Shown here: piece after piece, positions 10,302-17,907 of the stretch
Layout: each line of letters starts with the position of its first letter
Position numbering within the stretch: the first letter of the stretch is position 1
NCBI GenBank assembly: GCA_046484135.1
Contig: JAWOBU010000006.1
Span: forward strand, 1 to 34,419
Direction of reading: 5' to 3'
Length of the DNA: 34,419 nucleotides
DNA from: a bacterium
GTDB lineage: Bacteria > RBG-13-61-14 > DATKZS01
Position numbers and translations under genes: made by a program
Notes under the pieces: model-generated
What the model was told of the DNA's origin: nothing
The model's database searches: none
Seen by the model: the letters and a program-made list of their open reading frames with translations, nothing else

Positions 10302-10874
10302 ATGGAGGAAAAGAAAAAGATCGAGGCCCCGCTTTCCAGGGAGGTTGTGGAGTCGCTCGAGACCGGCGACATGGTGGAACTCTCCGGCGACATCTACACG
10401 GCGCGGGACACCGCGCACAAGCGCATGATCGAGATCATGGACCGGGGCGAAGAGCTGCCTTTTCCGCTCCTTGGCGCGGTCATCTATTACGCGGGACCGA
10501 CACCTGCTCCGCCCGGCAAGGTCATCGGCGCGGCCGGTCCCACCACCAGCAACCGGATGGACGCTTACGCTCCGCGGCTTATCGAGTCCGGCTTGCGCGG
10601 CATGATCGGCAAGGGCAGCCGGGGCCGGGAGGTGATTGACGCTTGCGCAAAGCACGGTTGTGTTTACTTCGCCGCGATCGGCGGCGCGGGCGCGCTCATG
10701 TCCATGAGCATCAAGTCCTGCGAGGTGGTGGCGTGGGAGGACCTGGGTCCGGAAGCGGTGCGCAGGCTGCGGGTGGAGGACATGCCGCTGGTGGTGATAA
10801 ACGACCCCCGGGGCCGGGACCTTTACCGGGAAGGCAGGGAGAAGTTCGCCGAGCGGCAGGAAAAAGGCGCGTGA
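10302..10874 (+). CDS. Fe-S hydro-lyase (class I fumarate hydratase) beta subunit
   Basis: YTARDTAHKR, YYAGPTP, GPTTSNRMD, MIGKG, GGAGAL and EDLGPEAV. Confidence 0.93.
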   Translation: MEEKKKIEAPLSREVVESLETGDMVELSGDIYTARDTAHKRMIEIMDRGEELPFPLLGAVIYYAGPTPAPPGKVIGAAGPTTSNRMDAYAPRLIESGLRGMIGKGSRGREVIDACAKHGCVYFAAIGGAGALMSMSIKSCEVVAWEDLGPEAVRRLRVEDMPLVVINDPRGRDLYREGREKFAERQEKGA

Positions 10875-10880
10875 TTCTGA

Positions 10881-10935
10881 TCGCGACTAAAGTCGCTCGC
10901 ACGAAAGATAGTATCGCGGCTGAAGTCGCTTGGAC
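10881..10935. repeat. Two tandem REP-like palindromic repeats
   Basis: TCGCGACTAAAGTCGCTCGCAC (10881-10902) and TCGCGGCTGAAGTCGCTTGGAC (10914-10935), just after the fumarase stop. A third copy lies at 28471. Confidence 0.75.
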
Positions 10936-11018
10936 TGATGCTATACTCTTATGGTGAAGTAGTTGGCACGAAAGCGTGATGGTGTCATAAATTTCCTGCT
11001 TTTGGAAAGGAGGATGTC

Positions 11019-11528
11019 ATGTCCGAAAAGAGACATTTAAAGGTCGTCCGAGACGATGATTTTTACCAGTCGCTCCGGCGGCGGATCAGGGATTGGTCTC
11101 GTGATAAGGGCAAGGACCACAAGTACCTGGACTACATCCTGGCGGCGCCCGACCTTTTACATCTTCTCAGCAAGCTCTCTCTTGACTCGCGGCTTTCGTG
11201 GGGATCGCGGTCCAAGATCGGGGTTGGCATCGCCTACTTCGTGTTTCCACTCGATTTCCTGCCGGAGGCTTTGCTGGGGCCGGTCGGGCTTCTGGACGAC
11301 ATTGCTGTGGCCGCCTGGATCATTGACGACCTTATCAAGACGGCCGGTCCGGACATAGTGCGGGAGCACTGGGCGGGCGATGACGACGTGCTCGAGCTTA
11401 TAAACAGGATCGTGGACTCAGCGAACGAGATGATCGGCTCTGGCATGGTAAGAAAGCTCAAGAACTATCTCGCCCGCCATAACCTGGAGGGCCGGCCGGT
11501 AAAGGTCATAAACCCTTCCGGGAAGTGA
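11019..11528 (+). CDS. YkvA/DUF1232 family membrane protein
   Basis: LSLDSRL..., AYFVFPLDFLPE.LLGPVGLLDD motif; RBS aggagg. Confidence 0.88.
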   Translation: MSEKRHLKVVRDDDFYQSLRRRIRDWSRDKGKDHKYLDYILAAPDLLHLLSKLSLDSRLSWGSRSKIGVGIAYFVFPLDFLPEALLGPVGLLDDIAVAAWIIDDLIKTAGPDIVREHWAGDDDVLELINRIVDSANEMIGSGMVRKLKNYLARHNLEGRPVKVINPSGK

Positions 11529-11891
11529 TCACCCGTTGTCTCCGGTTTCGTCGTTTTCTTCTCCGTTCTTGTCGGGGGTTTCTTCGGTGTCCTTCTGTGG
11601 ATGGACCAGCTCCCACCTTTCCGCCCAGAAGCCCATGAAGTACTCCATTAGCTCGAGGAACGCCTCTACCACGTCCTCGCCGTCCAGCTCCTCGATGGAT
11701 GCGAGCGCCGCCTGGTAGGCCCGCTCCGGCTCCATTTCCATGAGGCTTTCGCCGCCCAGGTGATCGAGGAAGAAATCGAAGTACTCGTCATAGACCTCGA
11801 GGTGCTCGTCCGTAAACCCCATCCGCTTTAAGTGGGCGAAAAAGGTCTTCTTTATAAAGCCGTTGTCGTCCCGGTGTTCCTGGTCCTCCAT
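11529..11891 (-). CDS. Very acidic hypothetical protein, possibly an integrase core-binding (SAM-like) fold
   Basis: 120-aa ORF with RBS (gagga), 23 bp downstream of the EF-G paralogue. About 35 D/E versus 9 K/R by manual count. Confidence 0.7.
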   Translation of the reverse strand: MEDQEHRDDNGFIKKTFFAHLKRMGFTDEHLEVYDEYFDFFLDHLGGESLMEMEPERAYQAALASIEELDGEDVVEAFLELMEYFMGFWAERWELVHPQKDTEETPDKNGEENDETGDNG

Positions 11892-11914
11892 CCGGTCCTC
11901 GCTATCGCGGTTTT

Positions 11915-14008
11915 TTACTCCTCTTCTTCCTCTTTCTTGCCGGACTCCGCGATTATCTTCTCCTGGATGTGGGAGGGTACTTCCTGGTAGTGCTCGAACT
12001 CCATGGTGAACATCCCCCTGCCTGACGTCAAAGAGTCCAGGTCCGGCGCATACCGCAGCATCTCGGCCAGGGGCACCTGGGCCTTTATGACCTGGTTGTT
12101 GCCAGAGGGCTCGGTGCCGGAGAGGCGGCCCCGCCTCCGGTTGATGTCGCCGATCACATCACCCGCGCATTCGGTGGGAACCACCACCTCCGCGTTCATC
12201 ACCGGCTCGAGAAGCGTAAGGTCCGCCTTTTCCGAAGCCTGCTTGAAACCGAGCGAGCCCGCGATCTGGAAGGCCATGTCCGAGCTGTCCACGTCATGAT
12301 ACTTGCCGTCGTAAAGACGGACCTTGACGTACTTGACCGGATACCCCGCCAGAACGCCCTTGTCCATGCGGTCCTTGACCCCCTTCTCCACCGAAGGGAT
12401 ATAGGTCGCAGGGATGGCGCCGCCCTTGATGGCGTTTACGAACTCGAACTCGGACTCCGAGCCTCTCTCCAGCGGCTCGATCTCGAGCCAGCACCATCCG
12501 AACTGGCCCCGGCCGCCCGTCTGCTTCCGGTACTTGCCTTCCCCCTTGGAAGGCTTCTTGATGGTCTCGAGGTAAGGGACCTTGGGAGCGGAAAGGCTCA
12601 CTTCCACCCCGTACTTGCGCTTCATCTTCTCCAGGGAGACCTCGATGTGGACCTGGCCCATCCCCTCGATGATGAACTCCCCCGTCTGCTCGTCCCGCTT
12701 TACGTTCAGGGTCGGGTCCTCCTCCATAAGCCGGTTCAAGGAGGTCATGAGCTTGTCCTCGTCCCCCTTGCTCTTCGGCTCGACCGCAAAGCTTATCACC
12801 GGCGAGAACCGCGGCAGCTCCGGAAGAACAATGGGAGAGTTCTCCTCGCAAAGCGTGTCCCCCGTCGCCGTGTCCTTGAGCTTGGCCACGGCCACCACGT
12901 CTCCAACCGCGGCCGGGTTCACGGTTTCCGAGGAGTCGCCTCTTAAAAAGAGCATCTGGCCGATCCTCTCTTTGCCCTCTTTCGAGCTGTTCAGGATGGT
13001 GCTGTCCCCGTGCAGCTTGCCCGAGAAGATGCGGAATATGGAAAGCTGTCCCCGGAAAGGATCGGATATGGTCTTGAAAACCTGACCGCAGAAGGGCGCG
13101 CTGTCACTGCATTCCCTCTCCGTCTGTTTGCCGTCCTTGTCCGTGCCTGTTACTTTTCCGCGATCGAGAGGCGAAGGACCGGTGTCCGTGATTACGTCGA
13201 GAAGCAATTTGACCCCTATGGTCTTAACGGAGGAGCCGACCAGGAGGGGGTAAACCGTGCCCGCCTTTACACCTTCGGCCAGGGCCTCGCTGATCTCCTT
13301 TGCCGATATCTCCTGCTCCTCCAGGTACTTCTCGAGAAGCTCGTCATTCGACTCGGCCACCGCCTCCACCAACTGGCGGCGGGCGTCCTCCGCCTCCTCA
13401 GCCATGTCCGAGGGGATGTCCTCGGTCTTGAACTTGCCCGACCCGTCCTCGTCATAAATAAGGGCCTTCATGGAGAGGAGGTCCACCACTCCTTTGAAAT
13501 CGCTTTCTTTGCCGATGGGAATGCTGATCAGGCAGGGCGAGATTCCCAGCACGTCCCGCACGTTCTGGACCGCGGCCTGGAAGTCGGCCCGCTCCCGGTC
13601 CATCTTGCTTATCCATATGATGCGGGAAAGAAGACGCCCCTCGCTCTCCCTCCACAGCTTGTCGGTAAGAACCTTGACCCCGTCCACCGCGGAAACGGCG
13701 AACACGCCTATGTCCATGGCCGGGATGGTGTTCCGGGCCTCCGCCACGAAGTTGGGGTCCCCCGGCGGGTCAGCCACGTGGAACAGGCACTTGTTGTGCT
13801 CGAAATGGGTAAAGCCCGAAATGATCGAGCTCATCCGTTTTTTCTCCTCCGGCTCGTAGTCCAGGACGGCGGTCCCCTCCTCGACCTTTCCCACCCTTTT
13901 CACCGATCCCGCCACGAACATCATGGCTTCGGCCAGCGAGGTCGTGCCTGCTCCTCCGTGAGAAAACAGCCCTACGGTCCGTATATTTTGCCGGTCGTAC
14001 TCCTTCAT
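11915..14008 (-). CDS. fusA: Elongation factor G paralogue (EF-G2-like) with altered G-domain motifs
   Basis: Full EF-G domains (EEDPT, GMGQVH, KQTGGRGQFG, DGKYHDVDSSDMAF, LLEPVM, TSGRG). Start ATG 14008 after AGGAG. Not in a str operon. G1 HGGAGTTS, G3 DPPGD, G4 SKMD. Confidence 0.92.
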   Translation of the reverse strand: MKEYDRQNIRTVGLFSHGGAGTTSLAEAMMFVAGSVKRVGKVEEGTAVLDYEPEEKKRMSSIISGFTHFEHNKCLFHVADPPGDPNFVAEARNTIPAMDIGVFAVSAVDGVKVLTDKLWRESEGRLLSRIIWISKMDRERADFQAAVQNVRDVLGISPCLISIPIGKESDFKGVVDLLSMKALIYDEDGSGKFKTEDIPSDMAEEAEDARRQLVEAVAESNDELLEKYLEEQEISAKEISEALAEGVKAGTVYPLLVGSSVKTIGVKLLLDVITDTGPSPLDRGKVTGTDKDGKQTERECSDSAPFCGQVFKTISDPFRGQLSIFRIFSGKLHGDSTILNSSKEGKERIGQMLFLRGDSSETVNPAAVGDVVAVAKLKDTATGDTLCEENSPIVLPELPRFSPVISFAVEPKSKGDEDKLMTSLNRLMEEDPTLNVKRDEQTGEFIIEGMGQVHIEVSLEKMKRKYGVEVSLSAPKVPYLETIKKPSKGEGKYRKQTGGRGQFGWCWLEIEPLERGSESEFEFVNAIKGGAIPATYIPSVEKGVKDRMDKGVLAGYPVKYVKVRLYDGKYHDVDSSDMAFQIAGSLGFKQASEKADLTLLEPVMNAEVVVPTECAGDVIGDINRRRGRLSGTEPSGNNQVIKAQVPLAEMLRYAPDLDSLTSGRGMFTMEFEHYQEVPSHIQEKIIAESGKKEEEEE

Positions 14009-14045
14009 TAAACCGCTCCTTTTCCAGTTTTCCGTTAAAGGTAAA

Positions 14046-14074
14046 ATGATAGATCGTGCCCGTGGTGGTGTCAA
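14046..14074 (-). promoter_or_regulatory. Sigma70-type promoter of the EF-G paralogue
   Basis: Minus strand TTGACA (14074-14069), 17-bp spacer, TATCAT (14051-14046). Confidence 0.65.
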
Positions 14075-14185
14075 GATGACTGCGGGGTGGGGGGTGGCGG
14101 GCCTGCGACATGAGAGGGGGTTTTTGACTTGGCTTTTTATTTTGCCAGCGTCATTATAGATGTATCATTACAATCGGAAGATGCT

Positions 14186-14338
14186 ATGAAAAGGTGCGAG
14201 GAGATTGAGACGAGGCGGAGAGAGATTCTGAAGGAAATGGGAGGGACACGTTCCATGCGGCGGGGCGGAAAAAAGGCGGTCGTCCTTGCCCTGGCTCTTT
14301 GCCGGCGAAACAAAGCCATTGCGCCCGGCGGGCTGTAA
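14186..14338 (+). pseudogene. Truncated ORF resembling the N-terminus of small IS-associated accessory proteins (DUF6788-like)
   Basis: MKRCEEIETRRREILKEMGGTRSMRRG matches my recollection of the 'LE.RR..IL.E+..+.SMRRG' pattern. The resemblance stops at about 14266; no transposase follows. Confidence 0.4.
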
Positions 14339-14369
14339 GCTTGGGGGCGGAACGGATCAAAGATTGCTC

Positions 14370-14593
14370 CCTTTCCGTAGGGGCTGGTGCCTTCATAAAA
14401 GGCTTGTTTTCCCGGCCACATCTTCCAGTTCTCATCAGGGGGAGTCCGAGCTGATATAGCTCCAAAGGGAAGCTCCGGATATGGAGTCGGCAGCCATTAC
14501 GGAATGTTGCTTCTTGGAGGGACAGGCAATGACAACAGCGGCGGCCAGCATTAACACAACCATTACCCCTGCGGATTTTTTCCAGCTTTTCAT
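14370..14593 (-). pseudogene. Cytochrome P460-family-like exported protein, frameshifted and 3'-truncated
   Basis: ATG 14593 with AGGAGG upstream reads MKSWKKSAGVMVVLMLAAAVVIAC...GASLWSYISSDSP, then TGA at 14437-14435. Removing one base (CCC TGAT to CCC TAT) restores YENWKMWPGKQAFYEGTSPYG, after which similarity is lost and no CxxCH appears. Confidence 0.6.
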
Positions 14594-14684
14594 TTCATAA
14601 TCCTCCTTTGCTTGTCTTCGGCATTAAGCGGGCCTTCCCCTCCCGCGAAAGGATCGGACCTTCAGCTCACCTTGAGGGAATGTA

Positions 14685-14864
14685 TTACAAAAGATTCACC
14701 AGTAAGGCCAGGACCCCGTGGACGGTTGCCGAGACCACCAGTACGATCCCGGTCTTGCGGTGGACCTTGATGGGAACCTTCAACCAGCGCCTTCCCGAGG
14801 ATATCTGGAACCAGACCAGCACCAGGTTGATGATCCCCAGGCCAAGGATTACGTATCCGATCAT
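14685..14864 (-). CDS. 59-aa two-TM membrane protein with His35/His49 (putative heme b ligands); absent from the ORF track
   Basis: Manual translation: MIGYVILGLGIINLVLVWFQISSGRRWLKVPIKVHRKTGIVLVVSATVHGVLALLVNLL. RBS GAGG overlaps the upstream stop; ATG lies 9 bp after it. Confidence 0.8.
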   Translation of the reverse strand: MIGYVILGLGIINLVLVWFQISSGRRWLKVPIKVHRKTGIVLVVSATVHGVLALLVNLL

Positions 14865-14873
14865 GACGGCACC

Positions 14874-15245
14874 TCACTTTAACTCTACGGTATGGGTGTC
14901 CGGTCCCTGGCTGCCGTGGCTGTTGCAATGGGCCTTGGCCTCGATCTCGAGCGGCTTGTCAGCCGTAAATTGGCGCTCGACCGTGAATTCCGCACTCTCC
15001 GGCCGGTCAAGGTTCGAGTACTCCCAACGCTTCTCCTCTTTGCCGTTTACCTTCAGGTAGACCCAGTCGGTGTAATGAAGGAAGCTGTTCGAGTCGTGCT
15101 TTACATGGAGCTTTACGTTGATCTCAGTCCCTTTCTTTACCTTGTCAGGGGCCTCGATCTCCACCTTGGACTTGTTGGCCCAGGCAACAGAGGAGACTGC
15201 CAAAACGCAGAACGCACCTATTAGAACCTTAAACCTTTGTTTCAT
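14874..15245 (-). CDS. Exported superoxide reductase (neelaredoxin/SORL)-like protein
   Basis: Signal peptide ending VAWA, then IEAPDKVKKG, VKH, LHYTDW and AHCNSHG (SOR CNxHG motif). ATG 15245 after AGGAGG. Confidence 0.8.
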   Translation of the reverse strand: MKQRFKVLIGAFCVLAVSSVAWANKSKVEIEAPDKVKKGTEINVKLHVKHDSNSFLHYTDWVYLKVNGKEEKRWEYSNLDRPESAEFTVERQFTADKPLEIEAKAHCNSHGSQGPDTHTVELK

Positions 15246-15307
15246 CGAGTCCTCCTTTGCGGACGTTGGCGGAGCTTGACCCGAGCCCGTCAAAGCTCCA
15301 CTTTCAG

Positions 15308-15625
15308 TCACTCCTCCAGGTCTTTCTTTACCCGGTCGGACTCTTCCTTGGTGATCTCGCCCCGGGCGTACCTCTGCTTCAGTATGATAAGCGGGTCTTC
15401 CCCCTCTTTGTCCTTACCCGGCTCTGTCTTTTTCTGTACCCACACCAGGTAGATGACCAGGCCCAGAAGTAAAAGCACACCGATCCACATTATTACTCCT
15501 CCGTAGCCGTACCCGTAATCCATCATGTGGCCGGGCCAGCCGCTTTGATGATGGCCATAGCAGGCGTAAGACGCAACAGCGATGACTCCGCTGAGCCCGG
15601 CGATAAGCGCTTGTGAGGGCCTCAT
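15308..15625 (-). CDS. SHOCT-domain membrane protein with Gly/Met/His-rich N-terminal segment
   Basis: GHMMDYGYGYGG, then a TM helix, then EDPLIILKQRYARGEITKEE (SHOCT signature). Confidence 0.85.
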   Translation of the reverse strand: MRPSQALIAGLSGVIAVASYACYGHHQSGWPGHMMDYGYGYGGVIMWIGVLLLLGLVIYLVWVQKKTEPGKDKEGEDPLIILKQRYARGEITKEESDRVKKDLEE

Positions 15626-15646
15626 TCTTTCATTCCCCTCTATGTA

Positions 15647-15838
15647 TCACTGGTCTTCGGGAGGAGAATATCCTCTCCTGCCCGGTCCCATCATCATGCC
15701 GCTTTCGTAGCCACGGCCCTGGCCGCCCATCATGCCGGAGCCCAGGCCGCACATGCCTAGGCCGTGCCCCATACCCATGGGGCCGCCGCTCGCGTCCCAC
15801 CTGGCTTTCTGTTCGGGGGTGAGTACCGAGCGGATATC
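15647..15838 (-). pseudogene. 5'-truncated Spy/CpxP (LTXXQ) family remnant
   Basis: DIRSVLTPEQKARW followed by a Gly/Met-rich tail GPMGMGHGLGMCGLGSGMMGG...EDQ*. An in-frame TAA lies three codons upstream, with no start codon or signal peptide. Confidence 0.72.
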
Positions 15839-15903
15839 AAAAAGTTAAAACTCCTGATGATATTGTCAAGGCAGCTTCCAGGGTCTGCGGATAACAGTTG
15901 TTA

Positions 15904-15932
15904 TTGACAAAGGCAATCCGCTATGATAGTTT
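15904..15932 (+). promoter_or_regulatory. Sigma70-type promoter for the thiolase/ACAD cluster
   Basis: TTGACA (15904-15909), 17 bp, then TAGTTT preceded by TG (extended -10). A near-palindrome ATAACAGTTGTTAT abuts the -35. Confidence 0.45.
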
Positions 15933-16032
15933 GCGCTCACAATACAAGATCAAGGACTCCCGTTTAAGCCCGCTCGTGGAAGCCGCGGCAATAAAGGATT
16001 AAGCACCGCAACCCGAAGCAGGAGGAGAAGCC

Positions 16033-16497
16033 ATGAGAAACGTGGCGGTGGCAGGCGTGGGCTTGACCGGGCGCCAGGCCAGGCGCAGGGACGAGAACAT
16101 CTCGGAGCTGTTTTCCGAGGCTGCTCCCAACTCCTCTGAATCGATTCGGGATGAGCTCGGCCGAGGTGCACGATATAGCCTTCAGCAACATGCACACCTT
16201 CGAGGGACAGAACCAGCCCGAGATTATAAGCGCCTCCATGCGGGGAGGCGCGGGAAAGCCTATCCTTCGTATACCCTCCGTTGGTTCCGCTTTAATGACC
16301 ATCCTTCACTGCGTCTATTACAGGATATTTTCCGGCATCTACAACAGCATGCTCGCTATAAGCTTCGAGAAGCAATCGGACGGCCTTACTCAGCCGGGAC
16401 TGGGGCAATCATTCTGGTGGAGGCATTGGCCATAATGGGGTTCAGTTCTTCAAACCGGGGAGCTTTGAAAAAGGAGTTTCCGGACGCGATGGAGTGA
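16033..16497 (+). pseudogene. SCP-x/Ltp3-like thiolase-domain gene, frameshifted and truncated
   Basis: RBS AGGAG, then MRNVAVAGVGLTG..RRRDENISELFSEAA. A frame change near 16145 leads to FEGQNQPE...GKPILRI.SVGS...SFEKQSDG, which stops at 16435. Only about a third of a thiolase. Confidence 0.75.
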
Positions 16498-16529
16498 TCC
16501 TGAAAAACCATGGAAAGAGGAGGATTGTC

Positions 16530-17834
16530 ATGTTTGAGCTGGAAGAGCAGCACCGTATCATGGAGCAGATGATACGGGCCTTCTGCGAGAAGGAGATCGC
16601 GCCGCACGTGGAGGCCATGGAGAGGGAGGAGGTCCTGCCGTTTGACATCATGCGGGACTTGGCCAAGAAATTCGGTATTGACCGCTTCATCTCGCGGATG
16701 GAAAAGAGCCAGGACAAAGAGCAACAGGGCGGTGGCGAGGAAAGCAAGAAAAAAGAGGAAAAGGAAGAGGAAGCAGAGGGGGAGGACCAAGACCAGGATG
16801 AGCAGGGCCTTTTGGGAATAGCGGGGGACCCCATGATGGGGACCATTGTGGGCAAGGAGCTCTCGAGGGTCAGTCCGGGCCTGTGCCTGGCCCTGGGCGC
16901 GAGCCTGGGCCTGTGCGGGGGGACCATCATGGCCAAGGGCACGCCGGAGCAGAAGAAGAAGTACGGCCTTCCGGTGCTCGGCCTCCAGAAGGTGGGGTGC
17001 TGGGGCATGACCGAGCCGGAGTCCGGTTCCGACGCCTTTGCCCTGAAAACCATAGCGCGGCCCAAGGAGGACGGATACATTATCAACGGGTCCAAGACCT
17101 TTATCACCAACGCCCCTTACGCGGACGTGCTGGTGGTGTACGCCAAGATAGACCGGGGCCAGAAGGACCCGCGCGACAAGAGGTTCATCTTTCCCTTTGT
17201 CATGGAGAAGGACACCGAGGGCCTGTCCGTATCCAAGCCCATGAAGAAGATGGGAATGAAGGCCTCCCCCACCGGCGAGATCTTCCTGGACGACGTGTTC
17301 GTGAAAAAGGACCAGCTTCTGGGAGAGACGGAGGAGAAGTCGAGCCGGGAGCAGGCCAAGGACGTGTTCGCGGGGGAACGCTCCGGCGCTCCCACCATGT
17401 GCTGGGGGATCATCGAGCGCTGCCTGGACGACTCCATCAAATACGCCACGGAGCGGAAGCAGTGGGGCAGGCCCCTGGCGGAGTTCCAGCTCATCCAGGA
17501 GAAGCTGGCCCGGATGTACGTGCACCTCGAGAACGTGCGCAACATAGCCTTCAAGCAGGCCTGGGCGACCAAGAACCGGAAGGCCACTGCCGCGGACCAG
17601 TGCGCGGCCAAGTACTACTGCGCCAACGCCGCGGTGGAAGTGGCCCTGGACGCCATCCAGCTCATGGGCGGGTACGGCTACATGCAGGAGTACCACGTGG
17701 AGATGCTCATGCGGGACGCCAAGCTCATCTCCATAGGCGGGGGCACGGATGAGATCCAGCTTCTCACCATTGCCAAGGAGCTTTTAAAGAAGCACGACTT
17801 CGAGGTTACCATATCCGGGACCAGGGAGATGTAA
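16530..17834 (+). CDS. Acyl-CoA dehydrogenase
   Basis: MTEPESGSDA, INGSKTFITN, KMGMKASPTGE, RKQWGRPLAEFQLIQ, QLMGGYGYM and IGGGTDEIQ; RBS GAGGAG before ATG 16530. Confidence 0.95.
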   Translation: MFELEEQHRIMEQMIRAFCEKEIAPHVEAMEREEVLPFDIMRDLAKKFGIDRFISRMEKSQDKEQQGGGEESKKKEEKEEEAEGEDQDQDEQGLLGIAGDPMMGTIVGKELSRVSPGLCLALGASLGLCGGTIMAKGTPEQKKKYGLPVLGLQKVGCWGMTEPESGSDAFALKTIARPKEDGYIINGSKTFITNAPYADVLVVYAKIDRGQKDPRDKRFIFPFVMEKDTEGLSVSKPMKKMGMKASPTGEIFLDDVFVKKDQLLGETEEKSSREQAKDVFAGERSGAPTMCWGIIERCLDDSIKYATERKQWGRPLAEFQLIQEKLARMYVHLENVRNIAFKQAWATKNRKATAADQCAAKYYCANAAVEVALDAIQLMGGYGYMQEYHVEMLMRDAKLISIGGGTDEIQLLTIAKELLKKHDFEVTISGTREM

Positions 17835-17907
17835 AGCGCCTTGAAAGGGCGGAGGCAATCAAGCCGGCCGCTTGGAAACCTGAAACAGCAGAAAAGGATG
17901 GGAAAAA

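Noticed and set aside
8499..10874. mdh-fumarase cluster as a novel pathway
   Set aside because: An ordinary TCA-branch arrangement in anaerobes.
10881..10935. Tandem palindromic repeats as a mini CRISPR array
   Set aside because: Only two 22-nt units with an 11-bp spacer and no cas genes; a REP interpretation fits better.
14432..14437. TGA TGA in the P460-like gene as selenocysteine readthrough
   Set aside because: Homology resumes in a different frame, so a 1-bp insertion explains it; no SECIS was recognised.
16386..17696. Long antisense/alternate-frame ORFs (e.g. 436 aa at 16386-17696, 333 aa at 13010-14011, 372 aa at 30572-31690)
   Set aside because: They shadow well-supported genes, lack motifs, and are expected from GC-rich codon bias.
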